Below the pieces are notes generated by a model, which had not been told where the DNA came from, did no database searches, and saw only the letters and a list, made by a program, of their open reading frames with translations. Source: Vairimorpha necatrix (taxonomy: Eukaryota). Taken from it: a stretch of DNA of 64,000 bases. The DNA is taken from positions 372,001-436,000 of the forward strand of contig CP142729.1 of assembly GCA_036630325.1 (NCBI GenBank), read 5' to 3'. Numbering within the stretch: position 1 is the stretch's first letter; each line of letters opens with the position of its first letter. This document shows, piece after piece, positions 58,863-64,000 of the stretch. Position numbers and translations under genes: made by a program.

Positions 58863-61307
58863 CAAAAAAATATAGACTTATTTTTGACCGTAAACATCAG
58901 ATAAAAAACCTTAGGAAAGTTTGCAATCTTTCTAAAAGCAATTTACAGCGATAATACTCATAGATTTTTACACAAGTGAATTTATAATTATATAAATTTG
59001 TCCTTTATGTAAAAATATAAATAATATAAATATTATATTCCTTAATTAATAAATCACAAGAAATAAAAAATACAGGACCAGGTCATATTTTGTTACATTT
59101 CGGCCTTTAATCTTTACAAATCATACATTAGTATGTATAAATTTTATACCTATCATGACATTAAATATAAGGATTTGTAGATAAATCTTCATGCTAAATT
59201 ATATTACTTTTACATTTTCAATCTTCTTGATTCAAATGTATATAATAAAATTAATCAATTTATTGGAATTGCATAAAATTTTTTATCTTATATGATCAAA
59301 GCTTAGAAGTAACGACAGAACATTTTTCTATTAACGCATAAAAATTTAAATTATTCATATTTATGGATTTCTGAAATGTTGCTTGATAAGTTTATGTTCT
59401 TATCGATAAGCATACTACTTTAAAACATTCCAATTATATTTTTATGAATCATCATAACCGTGGTAAAAAAATACAGATTCTACAAATATGTTGAAATAAA
59501 AAACTTACATTTTATGTCTTATATCTTCCTCAAGTACATTATGTATAAAAGAGTTATACTGTCTTAATTAATTATACTTCCATATTATTTCCCCTAAGTC
59601 CGAATCAAAAGACTCAAATCTATGTATTATTGTCAAAAAAATGACAATTTACTTGAGAACTTCGTAACACTATCATCTTAATCGCAACGAACCACATTTT
59701 ATTTGATTTACTGATTGTGCAGCGATTTCTATTGTTGATTCGTATATTTTATTCTAACTTTGTTAATTCGGTTATTCAATTATAATTTTTTTTAATTTAA
59801 AAATAACCCTGTGCTTTTAGAAAAAAACAATGACCATTGTGCATGTAAATCTTTCGAATAATTATTTAGCATAATAATTCATTTACCAAACTTTTTATAC
59901 AAAAAAAAAAGAATGTATGATATTAGCTAACTTGTACTTATTGCTTATTCTTAATCTAATATTCATTATTTTAAATTAAGTTTATTAGTATTGAAATTTT
60001 TATTTATTAATTCCAACATTTTAATCTTTAGTTAAATTTTTTAATGTCACTACTTAATCACTTCATTTTTGCACAGTATTTAGAAATATGCGCTATATGT
60101 GTTATAAAGAGCTTTTATTAAAAAAATCTTTTATAAATGATATACATTATTTTTTTAAACAATGTTTTGATTTATATTAACTATTATTTGAGAACAGTTA
60201 AATAATCATAGCAGATTTTAATTCATTGTTACGTTGTCAGTCCGTTAATCTTGACTTTGTATGTTTTTAGCTATTATGTAATATTGTTTCAATAACTTAA
60301 TTTTAAAATATTATACTTGCGTTCAAAGTAAGTATTTTTAGTATAATCTTATACACTTTCAATAAATATAAGCTTAGAATTTAGGTATTTAATGAATGGT
60401 GATAATATAAACATTGTGTTTTTTTTGTCACAATTTATGTACTTATTTTACAAAGCTTAATAAAAGTGATACGATTGTAAGAATTTATACAGTTTAAATA
60501 ATTTTTACATAGATTAGGCATAATTTTTTTGATAAATGATTTTACGATAAAAATTTATAAAAGGACGATTAACGCTATTACTTACCCAAATAAGGTGCCA
60601 GAATTAAAGTTTTGTAATCTATATATTACATGTTTTTTAACATACATATCTAGGGAAAGTATTCAATCTCATAATTATCACGCTTACTTATTTGTTAATT
60701 GAATAAATAAAATACAACTTACTCCAATAATCTATTGTAAGAAATGTATCTTTTGTATCCAGTAAAGTATAAAAAATACCAAAATTGTATAGTTAATATT
60801 CAATTCTATGTATCACATAAGCTTGTTGATAAAATAAAAAGAGACCAACAAAGTTTTTTATTTTTTTCGTATTTTCTATAAATATTGATTATAAAGAAGC
60901 TGCCTTAATCGATACATACGTAAAGTTAATCAATAATGGCCACGCGCTTTCGTATATGATTTGAAAGATAACAATAGTAGAAATAAACATTGAAGGCTAA
61001 AGTTTATACGATCTAGAAATAATAGATCTAGTAACTTATAAATTTATTATTTCAAATCAAAAACGAAAATAAATCTTTCTGTTAAAACCTTACGCCAAGT
61101 TAAACCCTCTCTCGATGCAAGCAATGTACAAAAAACAGGTCTTCCGCACAAAAACGTATATTTAAAAGCTTAAAAATAAATTGTAAATTTAGTTAATCCG
61201 AGAATGAGTGAAGATGTTAGGTGCTAATGACATAGAGCCGATTTTAAGAGGGATTTTTTTAACACATGGTTCTGTTTCCGTAGCTTAAAACAAGAAATTA
61301 TATACAA

Positions 61308-64000
61308 TGTTAACCATTTATTTATTAAGGGTTCTAAACCCTACATCCCCCCTCCAGACGGGTAGTCTCTCCATCTTCTAAACAACTCTTCCTTATCTCT
61401 TTCAAATCATAATGCCTCTTTTTAACAATTTTACCATCCAGTAGTCTCACAATATATGAATCATTTTCACTTATAGCTACGATCCTTCCGCGACCCGTGA
61501 ATCTTCCCTTGTCTGTTTTCGCACGTGTACCTAAATTTTCTCTCCTAGCGATTCTTACCTCTTGGCCTACTGTAAATGTCTCTCTGTGTCTTCTCTTGAA
61601 CCGACCAGCATATTTTCCATTTTCATCATTTTCAATTATAACTTCAGCTGTTTGATCTCTCCACGCTTCCATCGGCGTACATTTTATTGCTGTATGTAGT
61701 GTATTATTATATCCTTTGATTGCTCTTTCTATCTTTTCAGAAATATTCCCATCATTTTGCTTTATCAATGTCTCTCTTATAGTTCTGATGCATCTCTCGA
61801 TTCTACCATTACTCCTATGAGCTTCTAAGCCCACTTTCCTATGTTTAATATCATTAATACTACACCATTCTTTAAATTTATTACTTACAAACTCTTTTCC
61901 GTTGTCTGTCACATATTCCTCTGGAAATCCATCTTCCCTTATCCACTTTTGTAATACCTCTATAACTTCACTACTCTCTTTACATCTCAAATTCGAACCC
62001 CACAACCTTCTAGTAAAGTAATCAATACCCAGTAACACATACCTATTCTCTCCACCTATGTCCATTAAATCCAACGCCACTTTCTCCAATTTCTTTCTAG
62101 TTACTACGAAATCACATCCTCCTGTGTTTTTCCTATTGTTAATCCCACATATTTCACAATTCTTAATTACCTTATTAATATGATCTTTCATACCAGGCCA
62201 ATACCATCTTTGTTTAATGTTATAATAAGTGCCTTTGACACCTCTATGGTTTAACTCCTCATGTACTCTTGTTATTTCATGTTCTCTACTATCTAGGCTC
62301 AATATCTCTTTCACCTCACCTGTGGAAAATTCCCAATACTGTTTACCGTCCTTTTCTTTAATATGTTTCTGCTTTTTTCCCAATATTTGTTTTTCGATCA
62401 CTTCTTTTCTCTTGTTGTCCTTTTCTTTTTGTTCATCCGAAACTTCTACCTGATCATACTGCCTACTTAACGCATCTGCATCTGTCATCAACTCCCCTTT
62501 CACATACTCTATTGTAAAGTCAAACTCTTGTATCTGTTCTACCCATCTGTTTATTCTGTTATTATTGAAGTATGGCTTATTTCTGATCTCTGCTAATGCT
62601 TTATGATCCGTCATCAAATGAAATTTCCTTCCTCTCAAATCACTTTCAAACTTCTTTATTCCAAAAAACACCGCCAACATCTCCTTCTCACTTATCGTAT
62701 ATCTTCGCTCGGTAGGAGTCAACATTTTCGATGCCCATTGTATCGGAATCCACTCACCCTCTTTATTTTCTTGTAATAGAATTGCTCCGATCCCCGTATC
62801 ACACGCATCAGTTCTTACTCTAAATAGCTTTTTTCCGTCCGGAATCTTCAACTTTTTCATATCTCTCAAGCCTTGCTTCATATCCTCAAAAGCTCTTTCC
62901 ATATCCTCCGTCCAATTCCACTTAACATCTTTCTTTAAAGCCTCAGTAAGCCTTACTGTTCTATACGCATAGTTGGGAATAAAGTCTCTAAACCAACCAG
63001 TTAGTCCTAAAAATCTTCTTAACTCTCTAACATTCTCAGGTTTTCTATATTCCAATGTCTCCTGCTTTTTAATCTCATTCGGTCCCATGACCTCCCCATT
63101 AATTGTTACTCCCAGCAACATGACCTCATCTTTTTTGTATTGTATCTTTGTTTGGTTTATTCTCAACCCACACTCTTTAAACTTTTTAATTACCCTCTCT
63201 AGTAACTCGTCATGCACTCTTACGTCTTTACCATGAATAACTATATCATCCATATATACTTCCACGCCTTTACCTCTGAATTCATCTAAAACTCTGTTCA
63301 TTACTCTCTGCATTATATGAGGCGAATTCTTAAACCCCATAACCATACTATTCCATTCGTATACTCGACCATTCACTTCAAATGCTGTTTTGTGCTTATG
63401 GTGCTCCTCAATCTCAATATGATAAAACCCTTCTTTTAAGTCGATAACCGTAAATACTTTTGACCCCTGTGTGGCTCTCATAATATCCTTAATTAACGGT
63501 AGTGAGTACGGGCCTTGTCAACCAAATCGTTTAACGCCATCAAATTGCTTACCAATCTTACGTCCCCATTTGGTTTTTCAAGTGCTCTTATTGGACTCCT
63601 CCACTCACTTTTGGAACGTCTTATAACCCCTCTATTTTCCAACTTATTCAAGTACTCCTCAAATTTCACCCTAAGGTAGTATGGCACATTCTGCCCTCTT
63701 TTCACAACCTTTTCACCTTGCTTAGTATTTATTGGACACTTCTCTCCTGTGAGATATTTTATCTTTTCTTCTGATTCTTTAAAAACTTCCGGATACTTTT
63801 CAATTAAATTTTCTAACTTATTTACTGTTTTACATCTTTTCCCTTCATTGTTGATAATTGGTTCTTTCTGTAAAACTTGTTCCTTTTTAATTTTATATTT
63901 TTCCCTACCAGCTACACTTTCATGACATTCTCTAGCGTAATGCCCTTCTTTCTTACATATAAAACATTTTGTAGTTTCTCTGATTTCTCTTCTTTTCCTA
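61308..64000 (-). mobile_element. Second, near-identical copy of element D (5' end beyond window)
   Basis: The 3' LTR at 61308-61345 is the exact reverse complement of the 38-bp LTR, followed on the + strand by the PPT complement TCCCCCCTCC. The interior matches ~29271-31964. Confidence 0.96.
61334..64000 (-). pseudogene. Element D polyprotein copy with a 1-bp deletion near 63512
   Basis: GACAAGG-CCCGTAC here vs GACAAGGACCCGTAC in copy 1. Downstream of it only K/R, Y/D and R/K differences were seen in 715 aa. The indel could be a sequencing error. Confidence 0.85.

Overview
Very AT-rich, intron-less, gene-poor eukaryotic DNA, most consistent with a large-genome microsporidian. This is an inference from CCC/GGG motifs just upstream of ATGs, Merlin transposons, Ty3/gypsy and R4/Dong-like retroelements, and orphan genes with signal peptides. 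Only five intact host genes are supportable. All are orphans with predicted signal peptides and fall in two families: two of ~300 aa sharing a CxLPLKKRK motif, and three of ~770 aa. The rest is mobile DNA: five Ty3/gypsy insertions (four families, one nested), two clear Merlin (IS1595/ISXO2-like) elements plus four derivatives or relics, a decayed RLE-type LINE, and two copies of a ~790-bp tRNA-headed SINE. The standout is a miniature 3,075-bp Ty3/gypsy element with identical 38-bp LTRs, a 5-bp TSD and one ORF running from LTR to LTR. That ORF has a vestigial Gag, CCHC, RT, RNase H and integrase, but no aspartic protease. It occurs in two near-identical copies, and a related family with 49-bp LTRs has the same design. 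All alignments and coordinates were made by eye.
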